Shown here: in pieces, positions 21,755 to 34,469 of the stretch
Layout: the number at the start of each line of letters is the position of its first letter
How positions within the stretch are numbered: position 1 is the stretch's first letter
Assembly: GCA_024137785.1 (NCBI GenBank)
Contig: JAHRHZ010000022.1
Coordinates: forward strand, 23,637,434-23,701,433
Source: Ginglymostoma cirratum
Lineage: Eukaryota
DNA length: 64,000 nt
Direction: 5' to 3'
The notes under the pieces: model-generated
What the model saw: only the letters and a program-made list of their open reading frames with translations
What the model was told of the DNA's origin: nothing
Databases searched by the model: none
Position numbers and translations under genes: made by a program

Positions 21755-22195
21755 GACTTGCATTTGTATGGCAACTTTACCAGCCAATAGGACTCCAGGA
21801 TTCCTGATGCACTCCAGAGCCAAAAAAATACATTTTGAAGTGCAGTCGTTTTTAAGATGTTGAAAACGGGACAGTCGCTACACACACAGCAAGATTCTGC
21901 AAACAGAAATGTGCTACTGAGTGGACAATCTATTTTAGTAATGTTGATTCAGGGGTAAGCATTGACAAGGAAGAGCTCCCTGCTTTTCCTCAAAATAGTG
22001 GCATGGGATTGGCCGCTTCAGAAAGCACACAGGACCACCTTTTAAATATATTGTTGGAAAGACAGCACTTATCAACAATGCAACACACCCTTAGCACTGC
22101 AATAAAGTGGTCAGTCTAGATCCAGGACTCAACATTCTGGAGTGAGACTGAAAGCCACAGCCTTGTGTCTTAATGTAGAGTTGTGACTGATCCAT
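21755..22195 (-). mobile_element. DeuSINE, near full length
   Basis: Reverse tail GACTTGCATTTGTATGGC, Deu domain CACACAGCAAGATTC, and head TGGAGTGAGACTGAA. Confidence 0.65.
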
Positions 22196-22884
22196 GTTTG
22201 AAGTTGTATTTCAGCACACAATATTCAGCTCTTTTTCCCATTGCACAGACTCCCTCCCTGCTATCATTCTTCCATTCCCTGTGTAATCTCCAAGAATTTA
22301 AAACCAAAAACTTACCATCATTTTCCTAGTTTCTCCCCTGCAGTCTGTTTTTGGTCTTGGATGGTATCCTGAGCTAAAGTTTTGGCTGTTCACTAAGACA
22401 GCTATCGAATAAAACATTACAGAATGAAAGAAAGACATTACATTTATGTAGCACCTTTTAAGATCTCAGGATATCCAAAAGCACATTGTAACCAATGAAG
22501 TAGATCTGAAATGCAGTCATTACTGTAAACATCTGCCAGATGTTTCTTATTCATCAATATATAGATAAAACACTTCTCCTCTTATATCTATTAGTGTGAG
22601 GGACACAGAGTGAAGTTTTGTATCAGAGGAATCCTGAACACAGAAGGCTGACAGTGATATTGAGCTTAAATAGACCAAGCCCTAAGTTTCACAGTGTTGG
22701 TTCTGAACTAATTAGCAGTAAATGAATGATTTAACACACACTCTTCCTGCTTATCAGTTGACTGATGTCTCATCAATAATTAGATATCAAACATCAAGCA
22801 CTGCTGATTTATGGAAAAGACACTGCCTATTGCACACTGCCATGTGTCTGCTAAGTGGTTTCTAACACGAGTGGCTTATTAAAG

Positions 22885-23900
22885 TGGCAGCTTACCTCAG
22901 TTGGTAGCCCTCCTGCTTCTTAGTCTGGAGGTTGTGGGTTCAACATCCCACTTCATGCTCCTTGAGTACATAATCCAGGGTGATACTAACTGCGGTACTG
23001 AGGGAGTGAACCACTGTCAGAAGTGCCATCTTTTGGATGCAATGTTAAGTTGAAGTCCTGTCTGGCTGTTCAAGCAATTACAAATAATCCCTTGGATACT
23101 ATTTCAAAACAGGGCAGGTCTGTCTTACTTACTTAGACTTTGTTCCACCAATCCCATGTGGTTCAATGGGCAGCAAGAGTCTGCCAATGGCCTTTGTCCA
23201 TTGCGATCTCTTTTACTTCCATCCTGGTACTGTCCTGCTTCTGAAGCTGCTCGTTAAATATACTTTGCCAGGCGTTATCTGACCAGCCCTATCTCCTTTT
23301 TCCAACTAGCTGTGTCCATTCAATTGCTGTGCTGGCTAGGTATACCTCTGGGGTATCTGTATGTGTCCTGCCAATCTCAGTCTCCTCTCCATCATAATGT
23401 TGTCAGGCACCTCAGCTATGTCCTGCATCGTACTTCCTTGTTGGTGAAGCTGTCTCACCAAGTGATGTCCCAGATTTTATGTTGCCAATTTTGGTATTGA
23501 CATCCAATTACCTAACACCTTTGCTATTCACTTCTGTGTTGAACTGGTACAATTCTGGACATGTAGAGTCAGAGTTTCCTGGCCATATTGATGTTGTAGG
23601 ATGCATAAATTGTGTGGAGGCTCTGGAAGACCAGTGTTGCTTTGCTGATTCTTAAGTACCCTCAAATTAATCATCAATCACCTTGGCAATGTTACTTACT
23701 AGATAGGGGAAGCGGTCAACATCCTCAGTCTTCTGTTGCCTGATTGTGATCAGTGGGCCTTTACTGTCCATTTGTCCTTGGTAATTTGGCCAACATTCAT
23801 CCCTCTAACAACGTTATTGGAAGAGACGATGTGTTATTGTCACATTGCTACTTGAGGGAACTCATTTTGGCTGCTGTATTTTTTACATCACAATAGTGAC
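22885..23900 (+). mobile_element. DeuSINE split by an RTE insertion
   Basis: Head CTCAGTTGGTAGC...GTGGGTTCAA and GTACTGAGGGAGTG; the element resumes at about 23780 with TGGCCAACATTCATCCCTC. Confidence 0.7.
23124..23765 (-). mobile_element. RTE-clade LINE 3' fragment
   Basis: Minus frames read EDVDRFPYL, ITW*DSFTNKEV, ERRLRLAGHI and EWTQLVGKRR*G. It ends in a (TAAG)n-type tail. Confidence 0.75.
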
Positions 23901-25116
23901 CGGTGGAAAAGAAAGATGTGTCTCAGTAATAAACAGAGAAGGGTAGGAATGGGAGAAAACCTGAAGAGTTGTGTAGCTGTCAAGATGATAGCATGAAAAC
24001 TAGACAGAGGTTGGTCTTCTCTTGTCTATCTGTCTTTGTTCTCTGATCTGAGACCACAAGCAGATTAGCCAAGATCTTACCACATGGTGGAGCAGGTACA
24101 AAGAAGTGAATACTCCTGCTCCAAAGTCCTATGTTCCTTTGGAGAGTTTGGTCGCTGGTCCATAATCAATTCTGTTTCCAAAGAAGCCGAGAGTCTCATA
24201 CCCTTCAAATAAAAAAACAGACTATTAACATGTGAATCTTTCTCTATGATCCTATAAAGTATATTGGGCTGATCTTAAACCTTTTTTGTGCTTGTACCCT
24301 GCCTTTTGGGATTTTTTGACGCATTTATCACTCCAAAGAAGTTCTTACGTGTTGTAAATATATATTTTGTCAAATCCTATCTATGACTTTATGCCTCTCT
24401 ACACATGAGCGTTCAGTACTTAGTCAATTAACAATGGATACAAGCTTTAAAAGCTTAGGTCAAAGAAAGGATAAATTCACTGAATCACACTCATAGACAA
24501 TACTCATGTGAGTGATTAACACTTAAATCAGTAGCTATATAATGATGGTAGTCATTGGTTTCTGTGCTAATTTCACCTAGCTACTCTCAGCTTTTCAATA
24601 AGTGGCATTTTATTTGGCTTATTGTATGCCACAGGAGCTCATACACTTATTGACATCCAATGTGTTGCATTTATACTTGCAAAAAAAAACACTTGTATTG
24701 ACAGCCTCTTGCTTCATGGATTGTCAACTATGACTCTTTCCCTCTGATCAGAAGATTAGGGCTTAGAATCCGGAGCACAAAATTTAAGGCTGACACTCCA
24801 GTGACATTCCTTAAGGAGTAGACATATGTTCTGTTTTATGAGTCTCCCCACCACAGACCTGGGGAAGAGTCTCGTGCTTGGGGTTATGAACCAATGGCAG
24901 AACCAACAAAGTTTCAGTAGTGGTTGCAAAAGAACAAGTGAAGAGAACTTTTGCTTCCTTTCATCACACATGGGAAAGGTAACGGTAAACTTCCCATGAT
25001 TTTGAACTTGTACAAGACACTTGTTAGACCTCAGCTGGATATTATGTGCTATTGTAGACACTACATTATAGGCAAGATGTTAATGTGTTGGAGAGAGTGC
25101 AGAATTGATTTACAAA

Positions 25117-25738
25117 CGTTATGGACCAGACCAGACACCTTCAAAATATTATAAGAAGGTGGCCTAGACCCTAACTTTTCCTTATTTTAAAGGTAAACGT
25201 AAAGTGCCTATTCCAGATGTAATGTGAGTGGTCAAATTACTCAACATTAAGAAAAGCACAATTTATTTAAACACTAGTTAAAATACAACCAAAGAAAGAG
25301 GAACCTAGAATAACTAAATTCAACTGGAAAACTTAACAGATACAGTAACTATTAGTTATTAACTGTTCCAATATAGTAAGATCCCCTAAACACACCCCTT
25401 GGCAAAAATGGAAAATTCAGACACAGATTCTCACATGCAGTTATCCCATCTAGGACGGAAAAAAAAACGAGAGAAAATTCAGAGAGAGTAGCAGCCAGGA
25501 GGCATTCGCTGAAGCTTCCAACTCTGTTGAGACCTCAATAGCTTCTGATGCTTCTGAAACCCAAATCCTAATATGTGATAGCTGGCTGCACCCATTCAAA
25601 CTGTATTAAAAAAAACCCAAGGGCTTCCAAGCTGTTTGCTCAAGTGGTCTTCAGTAGCCAGCTCGGTGCCTCTCGTTCAATCTCTCTCTTTAAAGAAACC
25701 AGGACAAAATAATGTCTTAAAGCTACAGCATTGTCACA
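25117..25738 (-). mobile_element. Solo LTR
   Basis: Ends (C/T)GTTATG...TGTCACA, cleanly interrupts CR1, and is the reverse-complement relative of 25988-26584. Confidence 0.7.
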
Positions 25739-25987
25739 GAAGAATGGTTCCAAGGATGAGAAACTTCAGATATGAAGATAGATTGAAGAAGTTGGGACTG
25801 TGTTCTGTTGAGAGAAGAGGGCTAAGATGAGATTTGATCAGGTTTTCAAAATCATGAATGGGCTGAATCAAGTGGATAGGGAGAAGCTGTTCCTACTCAT
25901 ACAAGAAGCAAGAACTAGAGGGCATAGATTCAAAGTGACATGGAAATGAATCAAGAGTGATGTGAGAAAAAAAATTACAAAACAAGT

Positions 25988-26584
25988 TGTGACAATACTA
26001 TGCCTTCAAGAGATGTATTTTGTCCTGTCTTTTATGAAGAAAATTTGAGTCAGGGGTGCCGAGTGATCTGCTCAAAGCCAATAAAGCAAACAGCTTAAGA
26101 GACCTTTTCTTTTAAAGATGGAACAATAGAAGCACACTACATGGGTGGTGTCAAGTTCCTACAGAACCAGAATTTTTAGTTTTAGCATTCAGCAGTTGCT
26201 GGGATCTTGAAGCTGTATGTGGAAGATCTTATTCCTCTCTGTTATAGCTAAAACCTGGAGGTCTTTTCCTATTGCTAGAATTGCATGTGTGACAATCCAT
26301 TTTACTGAATTTGCCTTTGCCAAGGGTGTGTTTATGGGATGTTACTATATTGGAACAGTTAATTAGTGGTAATTAATATATGTGTTAATTTGTTAAGCAT
26401 TTGGAAAGTTATAGTTAAGCCAATTCTTGGTTTTTTTTGTCTGTATTTTAACTGTAGTTCAAAAGTATGTTTTGTTTAAAGTCAAGTAGTTTGGCCAATT
26501 GGATTGCATCTGGAATGGAATGCCTTTAAAATAAGAAAAACTTAGAATCTAAACTACTTCTTAAATATATTTTTGGGCATAACA
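25988..26584 (+). mobile_element. Solo LTR (same family, opposite orientation)
   Basis: TGTGACA...CATAACA termini with an imperfect 4-bp TSD AAGT/GAGT. Shares GTTACTATATTGGAACAGTTAA with the inverted first copy. Confidence 0.7.
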
Positions 26585-27329
26585 GAGTAGATGGGGTATG
26601 GAATGCACTGCCTGGAAACATGGTGAAGGTAGGTTCAAATTGAAGCATTCACGGACCTGTTGGATGATTATTTGGAAAAAAATATCTGCAAGGATATTAA
26701 GAGAAACCAGGAGATTGGCACTGGGTAATGCTGCTCATTTGAAGACTTAGTGAGGGTACAATTGGCCAAATGACATCCTTCTATACTGCAACCTTCTGTG
26801 ATCCCATGTTTCTTTTTCCCTACACATATTGCTTATTGCCAATTGAAGTTAAAAAGTGGGAGGTTCTTACGAGGAACTAAAGGAGAAAGGACAGCACTGT
26901 GAAGTGTGGAGAAATGAGCAGGGGAGTTATTCTTGAGCAGATTACTACTACACACTCCTGTGCAATGCTGAGAAAGTATTGCACTATTCCACACCTAACC
27001 TTCAGCTGCAAAGTGAAGGTATCAGTTGCCATCTCAGGATGTCATAAGAGATCCCATGCCATTATTTTGAAGAAGAGCGAAGAAGCCATTCCTCAGTGCT
27101 CTGTACAATATTTATTCCTCAGCCAACATCTGAGAGTGCACTTAGTCCAAACTACCATCCAGTAATTCGATGCAGTCCCATTGTGATACACTTTTCATTA
27201 GCGTCCATAAGGTAACGCTGCAGTTCAACTACAAACTCATTGAATAAATTCTCGGATAATGAAAATCCACTCAGGTAGCAATAGACCTTGTCCAGCCCTC
27301 CTCTAGCATTTCTGCTGTGGCTGCTCCAG

Positions 27330-27612
27330 CTCTAGCGTTGTAAGCATCCCCAATCTTAAGTCCCATGTATTGGCAGCCATGTCTCCAGCTGCCTGGGATC
27401 TAGGTAATGGAATTCCTCCCTCACCCTCTCCTTGTGCTTCTCCCTCTCCTCCTTCATGACTCTCATTACAATCTAGGTCTTTAATCAAACCTTTGGTTGT
27501 GTGTCTTAAATTCTTCTTCATTAGCTTGACATCAATTTACATCTTATAATATTCCTGACAAATGTCTTAGAAAGTGCTACATTAAATGCTATGTAAATGC
27601 ACATTATTGTTG
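27330..27612 (+). mobile_element. L2-like LINE 3' end
   Basis: TTGGCAGCCATGTCTCCAGCTGCC...TGGAATTCCTCCC...ATGCTATGTAAATGCAC. Confidence 0.5.
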
Positions 27613-28214
27613 ACACTGTATTTTTCTACCTCTGTCTTACTCTTACTTGCTCTGCTCCTGAACTCAGGTGATTGTTGAATTCTGTGCTCAATGGTGCAAT
27701 ACAGCTGTCAGGCTTTGTGAGAGGCAGGCTAACATCCCATGAGGCGATCATTATTCTTATCTAATTCTAATTTTGTAACAAGATCTGAGTGAGGATTGCT
27801 GTCTTGGTCTCAGTGTAGTCAGAGTTTATTTGTCTTCTGTATGCTATATTTTGAGTTATAAGTTGAACTGAAGCTTTAACATTGGATTTGTACTGAGTTC
27901 TGAGGCTACATTTTCTGGTGGAGACAAACTGCCCAAACAGAGGTTCTGGATATATCAGATCAATGGGCTGATAAGGATGGGCACTGCTCAGGCAAGTTGG
28001 CAAATGTGGAGGTGTGCCAGTATGGAGGTACCTCAGGATGCCTGCATTGCTGTTTTAAACTAAAGAGGCACTGGGGTGAAGGTGAAACTTTTTGGGGGTT
28101 GGGGATGCTGTGAACTTTGGCTCAAGGGATCATTGGGTCTAACACCAAGAGATCACCTGAATTAAGATGGCAGCCTTTGCATTGGGCTGAGACTATTCTG
28201 GCATTGATGATCCT

Positions 28215-28465
28215 TTCTTTTTCTATTCGTATGTGGGATGTGGGCATCGCTAGCTGGCCAGCATTTTTTGCCCATCCCTAGTTGCCCTTCAGAAGGTGGT
28301 GGTGAGCTGCCTTCTTGAACCACTGCAGTCCTCCTGCTGTGGGTTGACCCACAATGCCCTTAGGGAGGGAATTCCAGGATTTTGACCCAGCAACAGCAGA
28401 GGAATGGCAATATATTTCCAAGTCACAATGGTGAGTGGCTTGGAGGGGAACTTGAAGGTCTTCCC
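28215..28465 (-). mobile_element. CR1-group LINE 3' end
   Basis: Minus frame GSKSWNSLPKGIVG...LQWFKKAAHHHLLKGN, a typical non-LTR ORF2 C-terminus. Confidence 0.75.
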
Positions 28466-28765
28466 TGGCTGATTTTAATCTATTTATGGACTGGGCAAAC
28501 CAAGTTTGCAATAGTATTGTGGTTGATAAATTCCTGGAGTAGGTACAAGATGGTTTCTTAGACAGTACATTGAGGAACCAAATAGGGAACAGGCTATCCT
28601 AGATTTGGTTTTGTGTAATAAGAAGGAGTTTATTAATAATTTTGTTGTGTGAGATCTTTTAGGGGAAAATTGACCATAACATGATAGACAGGGAATTAAT
28701 TCAATCTGAAACTTGGGTCCTAAATCTAGTCAAAGGAAATTATGAAAGTATGAGGGATGAGTTAG

Positions 28766-29080
28766 GGCAGCACAGTGGCTCAGTGGTTAGCACTGCTACG
28801 TCATACTGTCACGACCCAGGTTCAATTCCACCCTCAGGTGACTGCATGTTCTCCCCATGTCTGAGTGGGTTTTCTCTGGGTGCTCTGGTTTCTGTCCAAA
28901 GATGACCAGGTTAAGTAGATTTGCTATGCTATGTTGCCCATAGTATGTAGGATGGGTAGATTAGCCATGGGAAATGTAGGGATAGGGTGGTGGCTTGAAT
29001 CTACGTGGGATGTCCTTTGGAGAGTCAGAGTGGACACAATGGGCCAAATGGCCTGCTTCCACACTGTAGGAATTCTATGA
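28766..29080 (+). mobile_element. HE1-type V-SINE nested in CR1
   Basis: GGGCAGCACAGTGGCTCAGTGGTTAGCACTGC...GGTTCAATTCC...GGGCCAAATGGCCTGCTTCCACACTGTAG. Confidence 0.85.
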
Positions 29081-29264
29081 GATGGTTGGAATACACTGGG
29101 TAAATTCATTAAAAGGCAAGACATAGGACAGGTAATGGTTAACATTTAAGGAACAAATGCATGCGCAGCAGCAGTTATACATTCCTTTCACTTGAAAGGA
29201 CACTACAGAAAAAAAGTGTCTCAACCATGGCTGACAAAAGAAATTAGGGATTGTCCTTTTTTAA

Positions 29265-29585
29265 AATTTGCTCACAGGATGTTGCATCACTGGCTGGGCC
29301 AGCATTTATTGTTTATCCGTAATTGCCCAGAAGGCAGTTAAGGATCAACCGTATTTCCATGGGTTTGGAGTCACATGGAGGCCAGACCAGGTAAGGACAG
29401 CACTGAAGCAGATGGACTTTTCCCCAACGATTGACAGTGGTTTCATGGTTGGCATTAGACTAGCTTTTTATTCCAGGTTGTATTGAATCCAAATTTCACC
29501 ATCTGCCATGGAGGGATTCAAACCCAGGTCCCCAAAACATTGACCTGCGATTCTGGATTGCTAGTCTATAGCACTTCTGCCTCCA
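29265..29585 (-). mobile_element. tRNA-derived SINE with CR1-like tail, nested in CR1
   Basis: Same family as 14920-15270; reverse B-box GGGATTCAAACCC at about 29513-29525. Confidence 0.6.
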
Positions 29586-30019
29586 TTAAATCCAGAGAGG
29601 CAAGACTGAGGATTAGGAACAAATTAGAACTCAGCAAAGGAAAACCAAGAGATTGATTAAGAGAAGAAAAGTAGAATACGAGAGTAAACTTGCAAGGAAC
29701 ATAAAGGTGGTCTGTAAGAGCTTTCATAAGCATGGAAAAAGAAAAGGATCAGTGCGGACTATGTAAATCCTTTACAATCTGAAATGGGAGAATTGATAAT
29801 GGAGAACAAGGAAAAGCAGAAAAATGCACAACTATTTTAATTCTGTCCTCATAGAAGAAAACACACTAACTTCTTAGGAATGTTTAGAAAGTAAGGCTCT
29901 ACTGGAAGGAGGCATTGAAAAAAATGATAAATTAGTATTGGTACAAAAAGTGCTGCTGGAGAAATCAATGATGCTGAAAGCAGGAAATCCTCAAAGCCTG
30001 ATAATCTACATCCCCTGTA

Positions 30020-30272
30020 CCATTATCAACTTTCCTTTCTCTCTGGCATACTATCATCTATCCTTTTGTCTGTCTAACTGTTGTTCTCCCTCTGTCTGGG
30101 CTCCATCTCCTATCTACTCCTTCCCACCCCTGTCTTCAGCATATGTGCCACCTTTTCCTAGCTACAATCAGCTCTGAAGGATGGTCAAGGGACTTGAAAT
30201 GTTTAATCTGTTTTCTCTCCACAGGTGCTGCCAGATTTGCTGAGTTTCTACAGAAATTTCTGTTTTTATTTC
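30020..30272 (+). mobile_element. Penelope-like 3' end (family B) with a decayed hammerhead
   Basis: A pyrimidine-rich UTR followed by CAGCTCTGAAGGATGGTCAAGGGACTTGAAATGTT...CACAGGTGCTGCCAGATTTGCTGAGTTT. Confidence 0.65.
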
Positions 30273-31989
30273 CAAAGGCAGTGGCCACAGAAATAGTGGA
30301 GAGTCCAAAATCCTGTTCATTTGGGAAGTGTCCTGGTAGATCGGAAGGTAGCAGATGTAATCTCACTATTTAAAAGGAAAGGATGGAGAAAACCAGGAGT
30401 TATATACCAATGAGCAGAACATCCATCGGAAGGAAAACTGGAGTTTAATATTAAAGAGGTAGTAACAGAATATTTAAAAAATATCAACAGATTTACACAA
30501 AGTCAACATCAATTTATGAAAGGGATATTGTCTTTGACAAAGCTACTGGAGTTTTTTGAGGATGTATCTAGTCGAATAAATAATGGAGAACCAAGAAGTG
30601 TGGCATTGATTTGTGAGGAGGATATAAAGAGGCTTCAAAGTGATTTAAAATGAGTGGGCAAATGCATGGCAGATGCAGTCATGCTGTCCACTTTGGTAGG
30701 AAAAACAAAATGCTGCTATATTATTTTAATGAAAGTAATTTGGGGAAAATTGATATAAAAGTGGCCTTGGGTGTCCTTGTGCAGTAGTCCCGGAAAGCAA
30801 GCAGTAAGGTATGTTGGCCTTCACTGCAGGACAATTTGAATACAAGGAGGTTTTATTCCATCTGTATAGGGCCTTGATGAGACCACATCTGGAGTTTTGT
30901 GTGCAGTTTTGGTCTCATTACTTAAGGAAAGACATCCTTGCTACAGAAGGAGTGCAGTGAAGGTTCACCAGACTGATTCCTGAATAGAAGACTTCACATA
31001 CAAGGAGAGTTTAGGTTGACTGGGTTTGTATTCATTGTAGTTTAGAAGAACAAGAGGGAATCACATTGAGATGCATCATGTGCTGACAGGGCTGTATGGG
31101 ACTGGATACAGAAATGCTGTTTCCCTTACCCAGGGATGGAGAGGGTGAGAGGAATAGGACTTCTACAAAGGTGTCATAGTCTCTCAAGCTATGTTGTAGG
31201 ACTGAGATGAGGATCACTTTCTTCCCTCAGAGGGTGGTGAATCTATGGAATTCTCTACCACAGAATGCTGTGGAGATGAAGACACGGAATACATTGAAGA
31301 AATAAATAAATACATTTCTAGAAGCTAAATATGTGAAGGGGCCTGATGAAAGCAGGCGTATGGCATTAAGGATAACAAGCATGGGGCTGGATGAACACAG
31401 CAGGTCAAGCATTAATGGTAAAGCAGGCTCGATGAGCTGAAAGGCCTATTCCTGCTTCTGTTTTCTTTATTTCCATGTCAGTAAAATACAAGCTGTGGGG
31501 CAAAAGGGCCTTTAAATGTGACCTAACCCACAAACTACCCCATATGGAGTAGGTAACTAATCCAGTTCCAGCTCAGTTCCAGGGATATCCCTTAGAAATG
31601 GTAATGAATCAAGAGCCATTGCTCCCAGCTAGACCCCTAACTTTAGCTCTCCCCTGCATCTGGCAATTTTGGTTTTGCACTATCACAAAGTATCAAATAT
31701 GATGCAACATGATCTGATGTGTCCCTGGGTGAAATGGTGTTTTCCAGTTGTAGAGGGTCACTTTGGGGAATTAGTGCAAAGGAAATCTCACACTCCTCTG
31801 GCTTAAACCAGATGAGACTTTTAGAAGCTCTTAGTGTCTCTAAGGATATTAAAATGCACACAACTGTGATTAGTATTTTAAGCTGGCTAGTCTGTGTTTC
31901 TTTTGAATACATCAATTGCTTCATGTGGACTATCTGACGGCTCATCATCCTGAAATTTCTTTATTGCTGTTCTTTCAGTGTTTGCTTTA

Positions 31990-33165
31990 GAAAAGCCAGT
32001 CATTTTGAATACAGGAGTAACATTGTCTTGCTGCAGTTGTTGAGGGCCGTGGTGACTGCTACTGGAGTGTTGTGTGTAGTGTTGGTCACTTTATCTAAGG
32101 AAGGATAAGGGTGTGGCAATGTTCCTCTCTCCAAACCAGGAGGTCACAGTTCAAGTCTCATTTGCTCCAGAAATGTGTTATAATATTGGTCTGCTTGGCT
32201 GAGACGCACACCGATACAAACATTGAATGCTCCTGGAGGACCATCAACTTGGTGAAGGATGCTCTTTGGTCTGCTTGAAATTTGCTGGTCTTCCAGTGCA
32301 AGGAATTGACCTCGACTGAGTGTTGCAGCCTGGCACATTCCAAGGTCTAGGACTATGTGCTGAAGGATGCACTGAATCTTGGGGCAGCTGCCGCCAAGGC
32401 ATACTGGGGAAAGACCACTGTCTGAGGTCTTGCTGCAAAAGTTAAATGGGGGTCCATTCAGTTGTCAGACCTCCCCAGTGCCTCAAATGTATGTAAATAT
32501 AATCTTGTACAAGTAAGAGATGTCTTTGTTTTGTTTGCTGGATAGAGTCAAACTCCGATATTTGTTTGTTTTCTTAATATACTACAGTACAGAACTGAAC
32601 TGATTTTGTGACTATGTATGCATATAAAGATATTTTATGAATAGAGTATATTTTCGAAATTAAAAAGTCTCTGAACAAGTTGATTAGAAAGTATCTATAC
32701 TTTCCATTACAACAGAGCTTTACTTGGTTAATCCATCAGATGGTGGAATTAGCATATAAGTAGAAGATGAGGAAACTAGGTGTGTATTCTCCATATTTTT
32801 GAAGAAGGGTGGGTAACTTTATTCAAATTTAAAAAGCTCTTAAGAGTGGATGTGGATAACATGTTTCCCCTGGCTGACAAGTCTAGAAGCAGGAGTCAAA
32901 CTCTCAAAATTAAAGGTAAGCCGTTTAAGACTGAGATAAGGGGGAAATTCTTCACTCAGAAGGTAGTAACTCTTAGGAATTTTCAACCATGGAGAGCTGT
33001 GGAAGCTCAATCATTAAGCAGGTTCAAGACAGGAATTAATAGATTTCTGGAGACTAACCAAGGGAAAAGGAGATAGTGTGAGGAAGTGGAACTAAGGTAG
33101 ATGATTAGAGATGAATGACAAACAGACTCAATGGGCTGAACAGCCTATCTCTCTTCCTACTGTCT
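31990..33165 (+). mobile_element. CR1 3' fragment hosting a short SINE and a Tx1 insertion
   Basis: CR1 sequence before 32110, resuming at about 32700 (IKGKPFKTEIRGKFFTQKVV). Confidence 0.7.
32188..32666 (+). mobile_element. Tx1-clade LINE 3' fragment
   Basis: THTDTNIECSWRTINLVKDALWSA*NLLVFQCKELTSTECCSLAHSKV*DYVLKDALNLGAAAAKAYWGKTTV*, followed by a 3' UTR and A-rich end. Confidence 0.75.
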
Positions 33166-33284
33166 TGCTACTTGCTGGGTTGTTCCCTGTTGGTTAACAC
33201 TGAATTCATCTCTGGCTGTGTCTCTATCCATTGAGCTAAGAGTACCTCTCCAGACAGCTGACTGGATAAATTCATCCAGTGTAA

Positions 33285-33750
33285 ATCATCTAATTTATAT
33301 TTATACAGCACCTTTAATGTAATCAATAATGTTGCAAAGCACTTTACAGGAGTAATTATCAAATAATATTTGTCACTGAGCCACATGAGGATATAGTAAA
33401 ATAAGCAACCCAAAAACTTGGTTGAAGAGATAAGTTTCAAGGAGTATTTTACAGGGATAAGGAGAAAGTTCCAAGATACAATTTCCAATAGTGGAACCAT
33501 TAAAATCGGATTGTGCATAAGGGCAGAATTAACTCCCCTGCTGTTCTTCAAAACAGAAGCATGGGATTTTTTTACATCCACCTGTAAGAGCCTCCGTTTA
33601 ACATCTGATTTGAAAGACAGCACCTCCAATAGGGCAGCACTCCCTCAAATGCGGAGTTTCAGCCTAGATACCCTTTTGTGCTCACGTTTTTTGGAGTGGC
33701 ACTTCAGCTCTCTATCCTTTGTCTCAGAGCTGAAACTGCTACTCACTGTA
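33285..33750 (-). mobile_element. L2-like tail (about 33285-33520) abutting a DeuSINE 5' part (about 33520-33750)
   Basis: TATACAGCACCTTTAATG...AAAGCACTTTACAGGAG, then GAAAGACAGCACCTCC...GCAGCACTCCCTCA. Confidence 0.6.
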
Positions 33751-33839
33751 CCACCGAAAATTGAAGCAACAGTGGACTCATTCCTTTCAAGTGTCTTAGT
33801 AACATGGTTATCCAGTAGGCTGGCCATTCCACTATAGCG

Positions 33840-34430
33840 GCATCACAGCCAAGCCCTGGTTCTCACAAATGCATCCAGATGTGCCCAATGTGTCCCTGGG
33901 TAGTGATTAGGACCCCAGTGCAGTAAACAGTGTCCACCGTAAAATACTAAAAAAAAACTTTTATCAGTAATGGGCTCACAAGGGTGGGCCGAAAGCAAAG
34001 CCGAGCATCTGGACGACACTTGTGTCTGGCTCCTTGAACGGCTTCTCCACATCATCAGTCAACCCGAGTAGCCGAAGACAGTCTGGGAATCACTTTCCAA
34101 CACAACACCACCATCCCCCCCCGAGACTCCCTCCGCACCCAAACCTACCGTCACAATCCGAAACATGACAGGTCAGCCAGGTTCATGAGAATCGGAGACT
34201 AGCAGCCTTCTCACCTTCTAGTGAACGGCACCAACAAACAGTCTCAAAGCAAAAGTGAACAAAACAAAGTGAGAGAGTCCGGCATTCGGAGAAGTCTCAT
34301 GTGGGAACCTGGCATCACGTTACATCCAGGCCTGTGTCTGCACTCAAACAACCGGCAAATAAATAATAAGGTGCAACAACAAATCAGGCAGCAGGTCCCG
34401 GACGAATCATATACTTTAAAACAAAGTTAA
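33840..34430. promoter_or_regulatory. CpG-retaining non-repetitive island, candidate promoter or enhancer
   Basis: Visibly more CpG than the flanks, with no recognisable repeat or protein frame. Confidence 0.3.
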
Positions 34431-34469
34431 AACTTCGGTTAAATAGTCAATTACAGATAGTTGGCACAT

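Larger units (their letters stand above)
24970..26810 (+). mobile_element. CR1/HER1-type LINE 3' fragment interrupted by two solo LTRs
   Basis: LNLYKTLVRPQL, then RMVPRMRNFRYEDRLKKLGL after the first LTR, and a TGGAATGCACTGCCTG tail after the second. Confidence 0.8.
28470..31475 (+). mobile_element. Long decayed CR1/HER1 LINE ORF2 with nested insertions
   Basis: Endonuclease motif EPNREQAILDLVLCN, RT motifs SQHQFMKG and YRALMRPHLEFCVQFWS, and a 3' tail. Contains many stops and frameshifts. Confidence 0.85.

Noticed and set aside
25117-26584. A single TIR DNA transposon
   Set aside because: The interior is collinear CR1 and each arm has its own TG/CA-type ends, so these are two separate LTR insertions.
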